A stretch of 60,188 bases of DNA from Bacteroidales bacterium (GTDB lineage: Bacteria; Bacteroidota; Bacteroidia; Bacteroidales; VadinHA17): the NCBI GenBank assembly GCA_041740815.1, contig JBGSLG010000093.1, positions 1 to 60,188 of the forward strand, given 5' to 3'. The translations under genes were made by a program, and so were the position numbers. Positions 9,494 through 19,527 of the stretch are shown here, one piece after another. Positions within the stretch are counted from its first letter, which is position 1. Each line of letters opens with the position of its first letter. Under the pieces are notes generated by a model, which did no database searches, had not been told where the DNA came from, and saw only the letters and a list, made by a program, of their open reading frames with translations.

Positions 9494-10067
9494 TCAGTTT
9501 TTTGCCGGCCTTGTTGAATGCCGTCATCGTCAGCTCACATCCGGCAGTGACAAATGAAAGTATGAAATCAACAGCAAGCGGTAACCGCCGGGTGAGCACG
9601 GCGAGCTCACCTTCTGTCCATTCGCCAAGCACATAGTCTACCTGCCTGCCGCGGGGAAAGTCGTCGCCGATACCAACGCGCAGCCTTGCATAATCATCCG
9701 TTCCCATCACCTCGCTGATGCTGGCCAGGCCGTTGTGGCCGCCGGGGCTGCCCTTGGCCCGCAGCCTGATGCTTCCGGTAGGGATGGCTATATCGTCAGT
9801 TACCACCAGCAGGTTTTCAGGCGGGATATTCTCCTTCTGCATCCAGTAGCGCACGGCGTTGCCACTTCTGTTCATCAGGGTGGATGGCTTGAGCAGGATC
9901 ATCTGTGCATTTTTGTGGCGCATCTCTGCCACCAGACCGTAACGACGGTCCGTAAAAGAGATACCGGACGCTGCTGTTGCAGCATCCAGTACCATGAACC
10001 CGACATTATGCCGTGTGTTTTTATACTCCTCGCCTATGTTGCCCAGACCGGCGATCAGGTATTTCAT
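9459..10067 (-). CDS. pth: Peptidyl-tRNA hydrolase
   Basis: GLGNIG, TRHNVGF, KPSTLMNRSG, GGHNGL. Confidence 0.97.
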   Translation of the reverse strand: MKYLIAGLGNIGEEYKNTRHNVGFMVLDAATAASGISFTDRRYGLVAEMRHKNAQMILLKPSTLMNRSGNAVRYWMQKENIPPENLLVVTDDIAIPTGSIRLRAKGSPGGHNGLASISEVMGTDDYARLRVGIGDDFPRGRQVDYVLGEWTEGELAVLTRRLPLAVDFILSFVTAGCELTMTAFNKAGKKLSDDSTEGGKDR

Positions 10068-10091
10068 TATTTCCGGGGTACTGCCTGGGCG

Positions 10092-10706
10092 TTATTCTGC
10101 AGCCGGAGCCTCAGCTACGGGAGCCTCAGCACCCGGAACAACTGCTTCTCCTTCCTTGATGGAGACCCTCGAGACTTCTACAGATACAATCATTGCACGC
10201 TTGAGATCAATGATCTCGAGCTTTTCATATGAGAGATCACCTATCTTCACCGACTGACCGATCTCGAGGTTCGAGATATCAATGGTGAGATGCTCGGGAA
10301 GGTCCTTAACCAGGCCTTTAACCTTGAGGTTTCTGCGTTTAACCTTTAGTTTACCGCCGGCTTTCACACCGGGAGATACTCCCGTGACCTGCAGCGGGAT
10401 GTCCAGTATAACAGGCTTGTCATCATATACCTGCATGAAATCGATATGCAGCAGAAGGTCACTGACCGGGTGGAACTGAAGGTCCTTCATGACGGCATTA
10501 TAACTCTTTCCGTCAACTATGAGGTTAACAAGAAATACATCAGGGCTGTAAACCAGTCCGCGGAACGCATTTTGATGTGCAAAAAAATGCAGATTCTCCT
10601 TCTCCCTGTACATGACACAGGGTACATTACCCTCTGCCCTCAGGCTGTTGGCACCTTTTTTACCGAACTGATCGCGTGAGACGGCTTTGATCTCAATAGT
10701 CTTCAT
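10092..10706 (-). CDS. rplY: 50S ribosomal protein L25/Ctc
   Basis: LQFHPVSDLLLHIDF; GVKAGG. Confidence 0.96.
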   Translation of the reverse strand: MKTIEIKAVSRDQFGKKGANSLRAEGNVPCVMYREKENLHFFAHQNAFRGLVYSPDVFLVNLIVDGKSYNAVMKDLQFHPVSDLLLHIDFMQVYDDKPVILDIPLQVTGVSPGVKAGGKLKVKRRNLKVKGLVKDLPEHLTIDISNLEIGQSVKIGDLSYEKLEIIDLKRAMIVSVEVSRVSIKEGEAVVPGAEAPVAEAPAAE

Positions 10707-10809
10707 TAGTCTTTAATTAGTTGTGTTACTCAAGGTTACTTGCCCGGCAACCTCCCATCACACGTTTGACATTTTCAAAAAAATTGGCCTGCAAATATAG
10801 TAAAAAAGG

Positions 10810-11748
10810 TTAGAAAACAAAACCTGAACTGATAGAGCTGTTTGTATACACCGCTTTTATTGCCCCGGCGAATATCTCTCCTACCGGCAGGATCTTGATT
10901 TTCGGCGATTGCCTGAGTATGGGGATGCTGTCCGTTACGACCAGTTCCTCCAGGGGTGAGTTGTCAATTCTGTCTATGGCGTCTCCTGACAGCACGGGGT
11001 GTGTCGCCACCGCCCTGACGCTGAGGGCGCCGCGGTCTTTCATCACCGTTGCGGCAAAGGTGAGTGTGCCTGCAGTGTCAACCAGGTCGTCAATGATTAC
11101 AACGTGCCGTCCCTCAACCTCACCTATAACCGAGATCTCCTCAACCACATTCGGTTTTTTTCTCAGCTTGTAGCATAGCACCAGCTCGCTCTGGAGGTAG
11201 CGCGAGTAGGCATTTGCCCTCTTTGATCCTCCCATATCGGGAGCCGAGACCGTCAGGTTGGGCAGGTTGAGGTTCCTGATGTACGGAGCAAAGAGCGCCG
11301 AGCCGAAGAGGTGGTCTACCGGTACATCAAAGAATCCCTGTATCTGGTCAGCATGCAGGTCCATTGTAATGATACGGTCAACACCGGCTTTGGTGAGCAG
11401 GTCGGCTGTCAGCTTCGCGCCGAGCGACACCCGCGGCCTGTCCTTGCGGTCCTGCCTTGCATAACCGTAATAGGGAATGACTGCATTGACCTTGTAGGCT
11501 GATGCCCTCTTGGCTGCATCAATCATCAGAAGGAGCTCCATCAGGTTCTCGGCAGGAGGATTGGTTGACTGTATAATGAATACATGACACCCCCGTACTG
11601 ACTCATCAAAACAGGGCTGGAACTCGCCGTCACTGAAGCTCAGCAGTGAGCTCTTGCCAAGAGCTATGCCTAGATGTTCTGCTATTTTTTCTGCTATGTT
11701 TAACGATGAGGTGCATGAAAAAATCTTAAAAGGAGCTCTGCCGATCAT
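10810..11748 (-). CDS. prs: Ribose-phosphate pyrophosphokinase
   Basis: FSDGE, PYYGYARQDRK, DLHADQIQGFF, DDLVDTAGT. Confidence 0.98.
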   Translation of the reverse strand: MIGRAPFKIFSCTSSLNIAEKIAEHLGIALGKSSLLSFSDGEFQPCFDESVRGCHVFIIQSTNPPAENLMELLLMIDAAKRASAYKVNAVIPYYGYARQDRKDRPRVSLGAKLTADLLTKAGVDRIITMDLHADQIQGFFDVPVDHLFGSALFAPYIRNLNLPNLTVSAPDMGGSKRANAYSRYLQSELVLCYKLRKKPNVVEEISVIGEVEGRHVVIIDDLVDTAGTLTFAATVMKDRGALSVRAVATHPVLSGDAIDRIDNSPLEELVVTDSIPILRQSPKIKILPVGEIFAGAIKAVYTNSSISSGFVF

Positions 11749-11809
11749 ACTGGGAGATTTAAGGTAGGTTTCACTGAAAGATGCCGCTAATTTAATATTA
11801 ATGGCTAAA

Positions 11810-12418
11810 TCATTTTTCTCTTTTAAAAAATATCATGTTCTCACTGATATATTCAAGCAGTTCCTCCCTGCCTGTACCCTTTGTTGCTGAGGTGATGAAA
11901 GCAGGAGGGAGGCTCTCCCAGCTGCCCAGCATGGCCTTGTCATGCAGCGCCATGTTCTTTTCGGCCATGGCCACTGATACCTTATCCGTCTTGGTGAAGA
12001 CCCTGGCAAAGGGCACCCCGCTAAGGGCCAGCCCCTCCATGAAGGCCAGATCAGAGGCCATCGGCTCATGGCGGGAGTCAAGGAGCACAAACAGGGAAAT
12101 AAGATTTTCACGGTTGGTGACATAGGTGGTGAACAACTTGTCCCACTCGGCCCTCATCTTCTGTGACCGGCGGGCATAACCGTAACCGGGGAGGTCGACG
12201 AGATACCAGCCCTCGTTGATCAGGAAATGGTTGATGGTCTGAGTCTTGCCCGGGTTGCCTGAAATCTTGGCGAGCCCTTTTCTTGATACAAGCATGTTCA
12301 GCAATGACGACTTGCCGACGTTTGAGCGGCCGATGAAGGCATACTCCGGCAGGTCCGGCGTTGGCAGCTGGTTGAACTTGGCGCTGCTGGTGACGAAGGT
12401 GGCTGACCTGATGATCAT
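11810..12418 (-). CDS. engB: Ribosome biogenesis GTPase YihA/YsxC
   Basis: GRSNVGKSS, DLPGYG, TKTDK. Confidence 0.96.
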   Translation of the reverse strand: MIIRSATFVTSSAKFNQLPTPDLPEYAFIGRSNVGKSSLLNMLVSRKGLAKISGNPGKTQTINHFLINEGWYLVDLPGYGYARRSQKMRAEWDKLFTTYVTNRENLISLFVLLDSRHEPMASDLAFMEGLALSGVPFARVFTKTDKVSVAMAEKNMALHDKAMLGSWESLPPAFITSATKGTGREELLEYISENMIFFKREK

Positions 12419-12804
12419 ACCCCCTTGATTTTTGAGATGAATTTTTCGTTATCGATGATAAACCTCTCATGATGGCCCTCGCCGATAATTCCCGTTTCGT
12501 CGCTGGCTTCGACATGGAAGAGAAGTCTCCTGCCGTTCACCTCCTGGAGGGTGGCGGTGCAGGTCACATCTTTACCGACAGCCGTGGCCCTGACATGCTT
12601 CACATTGATCTCTGTCCCGACAGTTCCTTCCCCTTCATTGAGGCAAGCTTCCACTGCTCTCATCGCCGTCTGTTCCATGAAGGCAATCATGGCAGGAGTG
12701 GAGAAGACATCATGGAGACCTGATCCGTAAACGGCGGCAGTATCACGCTCAGTGACCGTTTTGGAATTCGAGAGCCTTATGCCCGGTACCAGTATCTGTG
12801 ACAT
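12415..12804 (-). CDS. FlK-like hotdog thioesterase
   Basis: VFSTPAMIAFME, TVGTEINVKH, GEGHHERFII. Confidence 0.9.
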   Translation of the reverse strand: MSQILVPGIRLSNSKTVTERDTAAVYGSGLHDVFSTPAMIAFMEQTAMRAVEACLNEGEGTVGTEINVKHVRATAVGKDVTCTATLQEVNGRRLLFHVEASDETGIIGEGHHERFIIDNEKFISKIKGV

Positions 12805-12809
12805 TATAC

Positions 12810-13571
12810 TTAATTAAGATCTTTATATTTAAGGGGAATCGCCAGGCGATAGTACAGCCTGTTTCCATAACCTGTCAGGTAGGCTGCAATTACAACCACC
12901 GAATCTGCATGGTGCCCCTGCGTCTTCAGCAGGTCGAGATATCCCGTTGTGGCTGTCTGGAGCAGAGGTTTGACCGAGTCAAGATCAACCAGCCCGTCAA
13001 CCAGGTCTCCCCTGTAATACTTCACATTCTCAGACAGATCGGTCATCTCTATGAAGAGCTTGAACATCCCTCTCTCCTCATACCGGTCGTTGGTCCTGAA
13101 GACTATGCCCGGATAACCGGTCACCTTCTCGCCGTTCATGTTGTACTCCTCCAGCCCGGGCAGGCGTTTGCCGTTCATATAATCAAGCTTTGCCTTCACG
13201 CGTCCGCTCTTGTAATACTGTACCTGGGCACCGTGGATGGTGTCGTTCACATAAGGGGTGACCCTGAATAGCTTGCTGTCAGGATAATACCACCTTGCTT
13301 CACCGTTCTTCTTTCCGCCGGCATAGGGTATCTCCTGTTCAATTACCCCGCCCTTGTAGAAGGTGCGGGTCAGACCCTCCCTGATACCGTTTTTGAACTC
13401 CACCTCCCTGACTTTCACATCATCCCTGATATAACTCCGTACGCCGGTGTAGCCTGTATCAGCTACATGCCCTGCCTTCTTTCTGCCGCCCCCGGCATCA
13501 CCGGTTCCGCCGCCGCATGAGGCGGTGATTAAAATTATCAGTGTAATACCAATGGATGTCAGTTTGTTCAT
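12810..13571 (-). CDS. MORN-variant repeat lipoprotein (YwqK-like)
   Basis: Lipobox TASC; repeats such as KNGIREGLTRTFY and KNGEARWYY; start placed at ATG 13571. Confidence 0.75.
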   Translation of the reverse strand: MNKLTSIGITLIILITASCGGGTGDAGGGRKKAGHVADTGYTGVRSYIRDDVKVREVEFKNGIREGLTRTFYKGGVIEQEIPYAGGKKNGEARWYYPDSKLFRVTPYVNDTIHGAQVQYYKSGRVKAKLDYMNGKRLPGLEEYNMNGEKVTGYPGIVFRTNDRYEERGMFKLFIEMTDLSENVKYYRGDLVDGLVDLDSVKPLLQTATTGYLDLLKTQGHHADSVVVIAAYLTGYGNRLYYRLAIPLKYKDLN

Positions 13572-13572
13572 C

Positions 13573-14568
13573 TCAGATTTTTTTTTGTGGTACAAATACT
13601 TCAAGCAGTGTTGCCGTCCCCTGAGGGATCAGCACCACGCTGTCTGCCGAGGCAGGTATCAGCAGGGTCTCCCCGGCCCTCAGCTTCTCCTGATGACCGA
13701 AGCATTCAATAACGGTCATGCTCTCGAGGCCGATATATATTATAAATGAGTCAGTCAGGCTGTAATCTTTTATAACGGGCTTGTCAACCTGCAGCAGGCT
13801 CGTGTGGAACCAGGGGCACTCGGCAAGCATCACAGGCTGGTTCATCACCGGGTTTTTTTTGATCAGGTTGGTGCTGTCCAGGCCGTAGTTTATGGCATCA
13901 AGAGCCAGTGTGGTATGCATCTCGCGTGGCATGCCCGAGGCGTCAACCCTGTCCCAGTCATAGATCCGGTAGGTGACATCTGAGGTCTGCTGTATCTCTG
14001 TGAGCAGCACCCCTGCACCTATGGCATGAACCATCCCGGCAGGGATAAAGAATACATCGCCGCGGCTCACCGGCGTGACGTTGATAAGATCCTCAAGCTT
14101 TTTGCCTGCGAGGTGGGCGAGGAACTCCTCTTTGGTTGTCTTCTTTTTGAACCCGGTGTAGATCACTGCTCCGGGCGTTGCATCCATGACATACCACATC
14201 TCGGTCTTGCCCCAGGCGTGGTGTCTCTCTGCTGAGAGCCTGTCATCAGGGTGCACCTGGATCGACAGTTTGTCACGGGCATCGATGAACTTGACAAGCA
14301 GGGGGAACTCAATACCGTACCTCTCCCAGACTGCGTCACCCACCAGGTCGCCCATGTATATCTCAGTTATCTCCTCCAGGGTGTTCCCCTTGAGAAACCC
14401 GTTGGCTGCAACGGAACCCGCTCCCGGCATGCCGCTTATCTCCCAGCTCTCACCGACGGTTGTCCCTGCTTTGGCTCTCTTACCGAATCGCTCTCTCAGG
14501 GCACTCCCTCCCCAGAGGGTCTCTTTGAGCACGGGTTTGAAACGTATCGGGTAGAGTGAATCCATCAT
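13573..14568 (-). CDS. manA: Class I mannose-6-phosphate isomerase
   Basis: GESWE, FPLLVKFIDA, LSIQVHP, KTEMWY, EIQQTSDVTYR. Confidence 0.95.
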   Translation of the reverse strand: MMDSLYPIRFKPVLKETLWGGSALRERFGKRAKAGTTVGESWEISGMPGAGSVAANGFLKGNTLEEITEIYMGDLVGDAVWERYGIEFPLLVKFIDARDKLSIQVHPDDRLSAERHHAWGKTEMWYVMDATPGAVIYTGFKKKTTKEEFLAHLAGKKLEDLINVTPVSRGDVFFIPAGMVHAIGAGVLLTEIQQTSDVTYRIYDWDRVDASGMPREMHTTLALDAINYGLDSTNLIKKNPVMNQPVMLAECPWFHTSLLQVDKPVIKDYSLTDSFIIYIGLESMTVIECFGHQEKLRAGETLLIPASADSVVLIPQGTATLLEVFVPQKKI

Positions 14569-14870
14569 CAGATGAGATAATCAACAACCAGTTTTGCCTT
14601 CTTTACTGTCGCCGCCAGTGAGACCGCATCACGGTGCGGTTCGCTGTTCTGGTACCGCCGCAGGTCTTCAACAGAGGCAAAGGTGGCGTCAATGACGAAG
14701 TCGCCCGCATGATCGGCCTCAAGTACGTTGGTACCTGTCCGGTACTCAATAATATAATTGAGCCTGTTGCCTACCGGCCCGAAGGCCTCCTTGAGTTTTC
14801 TCACTGATTTCTCCTTCTCTTCAGGAGTGTAGGGGGGGGAGAGCTTAAAGATCACGATATGTTTTACCAT
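14568..14870 (-). CDS. Dabb (stress-responsive A/B barrel) protein
   Basis: MVKHIVIFK..F.S.EDL..Y...EPH...VVDY pattern. Confidence 0.85.
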   Translation of the reverse strand: MVKHIVIFKLSPPYTPEEKEKSVRKLKEAFGPVGNRLNYIIEYRTGTNVLEADHAGDFVIDATFASVEDLRRYQNSEPHRDAVSLAATVKKAKLVVDYLI

Positions 14871-14910
14871 ACAGATATTTTGCTACATTTGGTACAAAAA
14901 TAATCATTTT

Positions 14911-15519
14911 ATGCTAACTGTCGGGATTGCCGGAGGAACAGGATCGGGAAAGACCACCGTTGTACGAAAACTTATTGAGATGCTCCCTCCGGGCGAGGTG
15001 GTGATACTTCCGCAGGACAGTTATTATAAGGACAACAGCCAGATCTCCATTGAGGAGAGACAGAAGATAAACTTTGACCACCCCGATTCGGTTGAGTGGC
15101 CGCTGCTCATGGCCCATCTTGCGGAGCTGAGAGCAGGCCGTCCGATAGAGATGCCAATCTATTCCTACCTTACCTGCCTCAGGTCGAAGGAGACCATCCT
15201 GATCAAACCCGCCAAGGTGGTGGTAGTAGAGGGTATCCTTATCCTTGTTGACCCCGGACTGAGGTCAATGCTTGATATCAAAGTCTTTGTGGATGCTGAC
15301 GCCGATGACCGTCTGGGCAGGGTTATTCAGCGCGATATTGTTGAACGCGGGCGTTCGGTGCTCGCGGTGCTGGAGCGCTACAACGTCACGGTCAAGCCCT
15401 CGCACCTTCAGTTCATCGAACCCTCAAAGAGATACGCCGATATCATTATCCCCGGGGGAGGGGAGAACCTCGTAGGTATTGAAGTCCTCAGGACCATAGT
15501 TGAGAAGCATCTCAGGTAA
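14911..15519 (+). CDS. udk: Uridine kinase
   Basis: GIAGGTGSGKTT, QDSYY, NFDHP, RDIVERGR, FIEPSKRYAD. Confidence 0.96.
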   Translation: MLTVGIAGGTGSGKTTVVRKLIEMLPPGEVVILPQDSYYKDNSQISIEERQKINFDHPDSVEWPLLMAHLAELRAGRPIEMPIYSYLTCLRSKETILIKPAKVVVVEGILILVDPGLRSMLDIKVFVDADADDRLGRVIQRDIVERGRSVLAVLERYNVTVKPSHLQFIEPSKRYADIIIPGGGENLVGIEVLRTIVEKHLR

Positions 15520-15617
15520 AAGCTATTCTGCTCATCCACACTCTGCAGTGCGTCTGCATCTCACCGCGCCCCTCAGGTGCGCCACATCTCGCTCCCCGTC
15601 GCGGCCCATTGCACATC

Positions 15618-16337
15618 TCAGCTGCGCCTCAGCTCGCGCAGGTACATCTGAATTGTATTTTCCAGCCCGTAATAGATTGCGTCAGCGATGAGGGCATGCC
15701 CTATCGACACCTCCATCAGCCAAGGGATATGACTGTGCAGCCATGCCAGGTTACTCAGGTCGAGATCATGTCCGGCATTGACACCCAGTCCTGCCTCCCT
15801 TGCCACCTCTGCTGCCCTGATGAAGGGCGCTGCCGCCGCTACCCTGTCAGTGCTGTACATCAGGGCGTACGGTTCTGTATATAGCTCGATCCGGTCCGTG
15901 CCGGTACGGGCAGCATACTCAATTATCTCAGGATCGGTGCCGGTGAAGATGGAGGTGCGTATACCCTTCTCATGGAACCGGGCGATTACATCGGAGAGGA
16001 ATGCCTGGTGGGCTTTCGTATCCCATCCGGCATTGGAGGTGACGGCATCATGAGCATCAGGCACCAGCGTCACCTGGTCAGGCAGGGCATCAAGCACCAG
16101 CCTGATGAACTGTTCCTCCGGGTTACCCTCGATATTGAACTCCGTGGTGATAACCTCCCTGATCACATGCACATCACTGTACCTGATATGCCTCTCGTCA
16201 GGCCTGGGATGAACAGTGATGCCTTCAGCCCCGAAGCTCTGACACTTTATTGCTGCCAGCCTGACATCCGGCACATTGCCACCGCGGGCATTACGAAGAG
16301 TGGCAATTTTGTTGATGTTTACACTTAATCTTGTCAT
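15618..16337 (-). CDS. pdxJ: Pyridoxine 5'-phosphate synthase
   Basis: [39 protein letters not shown]. Confidence 0.97.
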   Translation of the reverse strand: MTRLSVNINKIATLRNARGGNVPDVRLAAIKCQSFGAEGITVHPRPDERHIRYSDVHVIREVITTEFNIEGNPEEQFIRLVLDALPDQVTLVPDAHDAVTSNAGWDTKAHQAFLSDVIARFHEKGIRTSIFTGTDPEIIEYAARTGTDRIELYTEPYALMYSTDRVAAAAPFIRAAEVAREAGLGVNAGHDLDLSNLAWLHSHIPWLMEVSIGHALIADAIYYGLENTIQMYLRELRRS

Positions 16338-16417
16338 GGCTTCTCTGGCTGTTTATCACCGCAAAGTTATAACGATACGTAGTTTTTTGTACTTTTATTC
16401 GGTAATTGAATGACCCG

Positions 16418-17083
16418 ATGCTTGCAAAAGAGATGATATCCGAAGTGGTTCCGGCGCTGAAAACATCTGATACAGCGCAGACTGCACTGAACTGGATGGA
16501 GATATTCAGGGTCTCACATCTCCCTATTGTTAACGAGAATGATTACCTGGGACTGATTTCTGACAGCGACATCTATGACCTCAACCAGCCGGAAGAGCCC
16601 ATCGGTAACCATCCCCTCTCCCTGCCACGTCCCTCGGTCAGGTTTCATCAGCATATCTATGAGGTTATTGCACTGGCTGCCAGGCATAAGCTTACCGTGG
16701 TGCCCGTGGTTGACGATGAAAACCACTTCAGGGGCGTCATCACCCATAATGAGATTATCTCAGGGATTGCATCGTTCTCCTCCATTGAACAGCCAGGCGG
16801 AATGATAGTTTTGCAGGTGCTGTCACGTGACTACTCCATGAGCCGCATCTCGCAGATAGTAGAGAGCAATGATGCAAAGATCCTGAGCATGCACATCACA
16901 TCAAACCCTGACTCCACCAGCCTCGAGATAACGCTGAAGGTCAATACTACAGACCTCACCTCAATCATCAGAACGTTCGAACGGTACTCGTATGAGGTGT
17001 CAACATGGGTGACAGACAATGATGAGCTTGACCGCTTCTATACCGACCGGTATAACCAGCTCATGAAATATCTCAACATGTAA
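16418..17083 (+). CDS. CBS domain protein (CBS pair plus ACT-like domain)
   Basis: SHLPIV..YLGLIS and VPVVD..FRGVIT; typical position before nadK. Confidence 0.88.
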   Translation: MLAKEMISEVVPALKTSDTAQTALNWMEIFRVSHLPIVNENDYLGLISDSDIYDLNQPEEPIGNHPLSLPRPSVRFHQHIYEVIALAARHKLTVVPVVDDENHFRGVITHNEIISGIASFSSIEQPGGMIVLQVLSRDYSMSRISQIVESNDAKILSMHITSNPDSTSLEITLKVNTTDLTSIIRTFERYSYEVSTWVTDNDELDRFYTDRYNQLMKYLNM

Positions 17084-17095
17084 CTTCCCGTCGCG

Positions 17096-17974
17096 ATGTC
17101 CCAAAAGATTGTCCTTTACAGCAAGGGTCTTACCGAGAAGACCATGGCCGGCCTGCTGCGGCTTATTGATGCGCTTTACAGGCGTGGGGTCCATATCTTC
17201 CTTAACATCATGGAGCCCGGCAGCAATCACTTTCAGACTGATAAGAGAGTCAGTCTGTTCAACGATATCACTGAGCTTCCGGATGACATCTACCTGATAA
17301 TGAGTGTCGGAGGCGACGGAACCTTTCTTGAGACAGCCATGAGAGTCCGCTCCACGGGGATCCCCGTTTCAGGTATTAACACCGGCCGGCTGGGCTTCCT
17401 GGCAAACATACCTGATAATGACATAGATACTTCAATTGACCTCATCTGTTCAGGCAAATTTGAGGTCATCAGTCGCTCCATGCTGGAGATCACCTTCCCT
17501 GAAGGCCTCTTCAGCAACGGCAACGGCATGGCTCTAAATGAGATCACGGTACAGAAAGCTGATCAGAGCATGATCACAATTACAGTTAAGGTTAACGGCA
17601 TATTTCTCAATACATACAGTGCTGACGGACTGATCGTCTCAACGGCTACAGGATCAACTGCATACAACCTGAGCGTTGGCGGTCCCATACTCTCCCCCTC
17701 GGATGAGAGCATAATCATCGTACCCATGTCGCCTCATAACCTTACAATCAGGCCGATAATCGTCACCGGCGGCAGCACCATAACCCTCATCACAGGAGGC
17801 AGAAGCAAGGAGAGCCTGGTGACCTGTGACTCAAAAGGCGTAAGAGTACCTGTCGGATCCATGATCGAAATACGTCAGGCAACCTCCAGGCTCAAGACTG
17901 TGACCCTGGCCGGAAATGATTTTTTCAGCACTCTCAGGAATAAGCTCATGTGGGGCGCTGACCCCCGTAACTGA
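17096..17974 (+). CDS. nadK: NAD kinase
   Basis: GGDGT, GRLGFL, NE motif, DGLIVSTATGSTAY. Confidence 0.97.
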   Translation: MSQKIVLYSKGLTEKTMAGLLRLIDALYRRGVHIFLNIMEPGSNHFQTDKRVSLFNDITELPDDIYLIMSVGGDGTFLETAMRVRSTGIPVSGINTGRLGFLANIPDNDIDTSIDLICSGKFEVISRSMLEITFPEGLFSNGNGMALNEITVQKADQSMITITVKVNGIFLNTYSADGLIVSTATGSTAYNLSVGGPILSPSDESIIIVPMSPHNLTIRPIIVTGGSTITLITGGRSKESLVTCDSKGVRVPVGSMIEIRQATSRLKTVTLAGNDFFSTLRNKLMWGADPRN

Positions 17975-18048
17975 CAATAATTAAGGAATATTTAAGTTTT
18001 TAATATTGTACATTCCTTATATTTGTATCCTGAACTGCAAAGCAACTG

Positions 18049-18822
18049 ATGATTAAACGTCTGATACTGGTGTGCATGGTGGTGCTTTTATCCGCACCAT
18101 TCACCTCTGCACAGCTATGGAAGATGAAAAGATACGAAGCTGCTGCAGGATTGGGTACCTCGCAGTTCTATGGTGATGTCGGGGGGTTTACAATCGGAGA
18201 GAACGCCCTTGGATTCAAGGATATAACATTTAAACAGACCAGGTTCAACGTTAACGGCTCGTTCAGGTATTTCATTACCGATGCGGTTGCCGCGCGCTTA
18301 TCCTTCTCCTACCTGATGCTTCACGCCACCGACGAACGGGGCAACAACCAGGGCAGGGGGTATGAGGCCGGCGTGTCTCTATATGAACCTGCCCTCATTG
18401 GTGAGTATTATTTCGTAAGAAACCGGGAGCGTAACAGCTTCCTCTTTCAGACCTACAGAGGCAGGTCGAGAAACAGGGTCAAGGACTTCTTCCGAAGTAT
18501 TGACGTATATGCCCTTACCGGAGTAGGTGGCGCAGGCTTCAATGTTCGCGGCAACGACCTGCTGAAGGAGCGCTGGAGCGAGGAACCTGCACTGAAAAGC
18601 AGCGGTTTTGCCGCCGTGATACCCCTTGGCGTGGGAGCAAAGGTGGCCTTCGACCCGAACATACTGTTCGGCGTTGAGTTTACAGGACGATATGCATTCT
18701 CTGACTTCATTGACGGGTACACTTCGCAGTGGTCAGAGAGAAATGATGTCTATCACACCTTCAGCCTGACATTTAATTACCGGATCAAAACGGCACGGAA
18801 CGGACTTCCTTCGTTCAGATGA
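18049..18822 (+). CDS. Outer-membrane beta-barrel protein (DUF6089-like)
   Basis: Signal peptide; FYGDVG; RYAFSDFIDG; NDVY. Confidence 0.75.
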   Translation: MIKRLILVCMVVLLSAPFTSAQLWKMKRYEAAAGLGTSQFYGDVGGFTIGENALGFKDITFKQTRFNVNGSFRYFITDAVAARLSFSYLMLHATDERGNNQGRGYEAGVSLYEPALIGEYYFVRNRERNSFLFQTYRGRSRNRVKDFFRSIDVYALTGVGGAGFNVRGNDLLKERWSEEPALKSSGFAAVIPLGVGAKVAFDPNILFGVEFTGRYAFSDFIDGYTSQWSERNDVYHTFSLTFNYRIKTARNGLPSFR

Positions 18823-18842
18823 TGCTCAAATGACCACATGGA

Positions 18843-19523
18843 ATGAAAAAATCAATAATAATTATATTTCTTTTTATTGTATCACTGCCGGTAATGTCAC
18901 AGCGCACCGCTGACTATGGATTATCCCTCGGGATAGTCAACTACATAGGTGAGGATAACCCGCTGAACGTATTATATAAGCCCGGCCCGGCTGCACAGTT
19001 CTTCTACAGGTACAACTTCAATCCCAGGCAGGCAGTAAGAGCCAACCTGATGGGAGGATACCTCACTCCCCTGGGAGCAGCTATAGGTGAACTGGGGGCA
19101 ACATATGAATTCAACTTCTTCCCATACTCCACATTCAGAAGCAGGCGTGTAGACTACTCTCCGTATATAGCCGCCGGAGCCGCATTTTCAACTGTGTTTA
19201 ACCAGGTTACAATGGCTGACGGATCCAAAAGCTTCCACCCTTTCTTTTCCATACCATTCTCTGCCGGAATCAAGGTAAATGTGGCCAACCACATTGGCGT
19301 TGAGTTCGAATATGGTTTTCGTAAGACTTTTTATGATAAATTTGACGGCCAAACTGATGTCATGATTCCCGGGGATGCACCAACCCCCGTAGACCGTACG
19401 TGGCTTCATAACAATGATTGGTACAGCTTCATGGGGATCTCGGTCACCTGGAAGATGTACAACAAGCTGGCTGGCTGCCCGGCTTTTGCAGAAATGGAGA
19501 AAAGTAAAAAAAGAAAGAGATAA
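18843..19523 (+). CDS. DUF6089 / T9SS PorG-like beta-barrel
   Basis: NYIGE.N, YRYNFNPR, EFNFFPY, HNNDWYSF..C; directly upstream of uppS as in other Bacteroidota. Confidence 0.75.
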   Translation: MKKSIIIIFLFIVSLPVMSQRTADYGLSLGIVNYIGEDNPLNVLYKPGPAAQFFYRYNFNPRQAVRANLMGGYLTPLGAAIGELGATYEFNFFPYSTFRSRRVDYSPYIAAGAAFSTVFNQVTMADGSKSFHPFFSIPFSAGIKVNVANHIGVEFEYGFRKTFYDKFDGQTDVMIPGDAPTPVDRTWLHNNDWYSFMGISVTWKMYNKLAGCPAFAEMEKSKKRKR

Positions 19524-19527
19524 CACA

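Noticed and set aside
12810..13571. Toxin-antitoxin system (YwqK antitoxin label)
   Set aside because: Only a MORN-variant repeat lipoprotein in a housekeeping operon; no toxin gene is adjacent
18819..18846. Mini-ORF relay MMLK* / ME* before the porG-like gene (and MR* at uppS-bamA, 20274-20282)
   Set aside because: The chain is incomplete or unnecessary for coupling and too short to distinguish from chance
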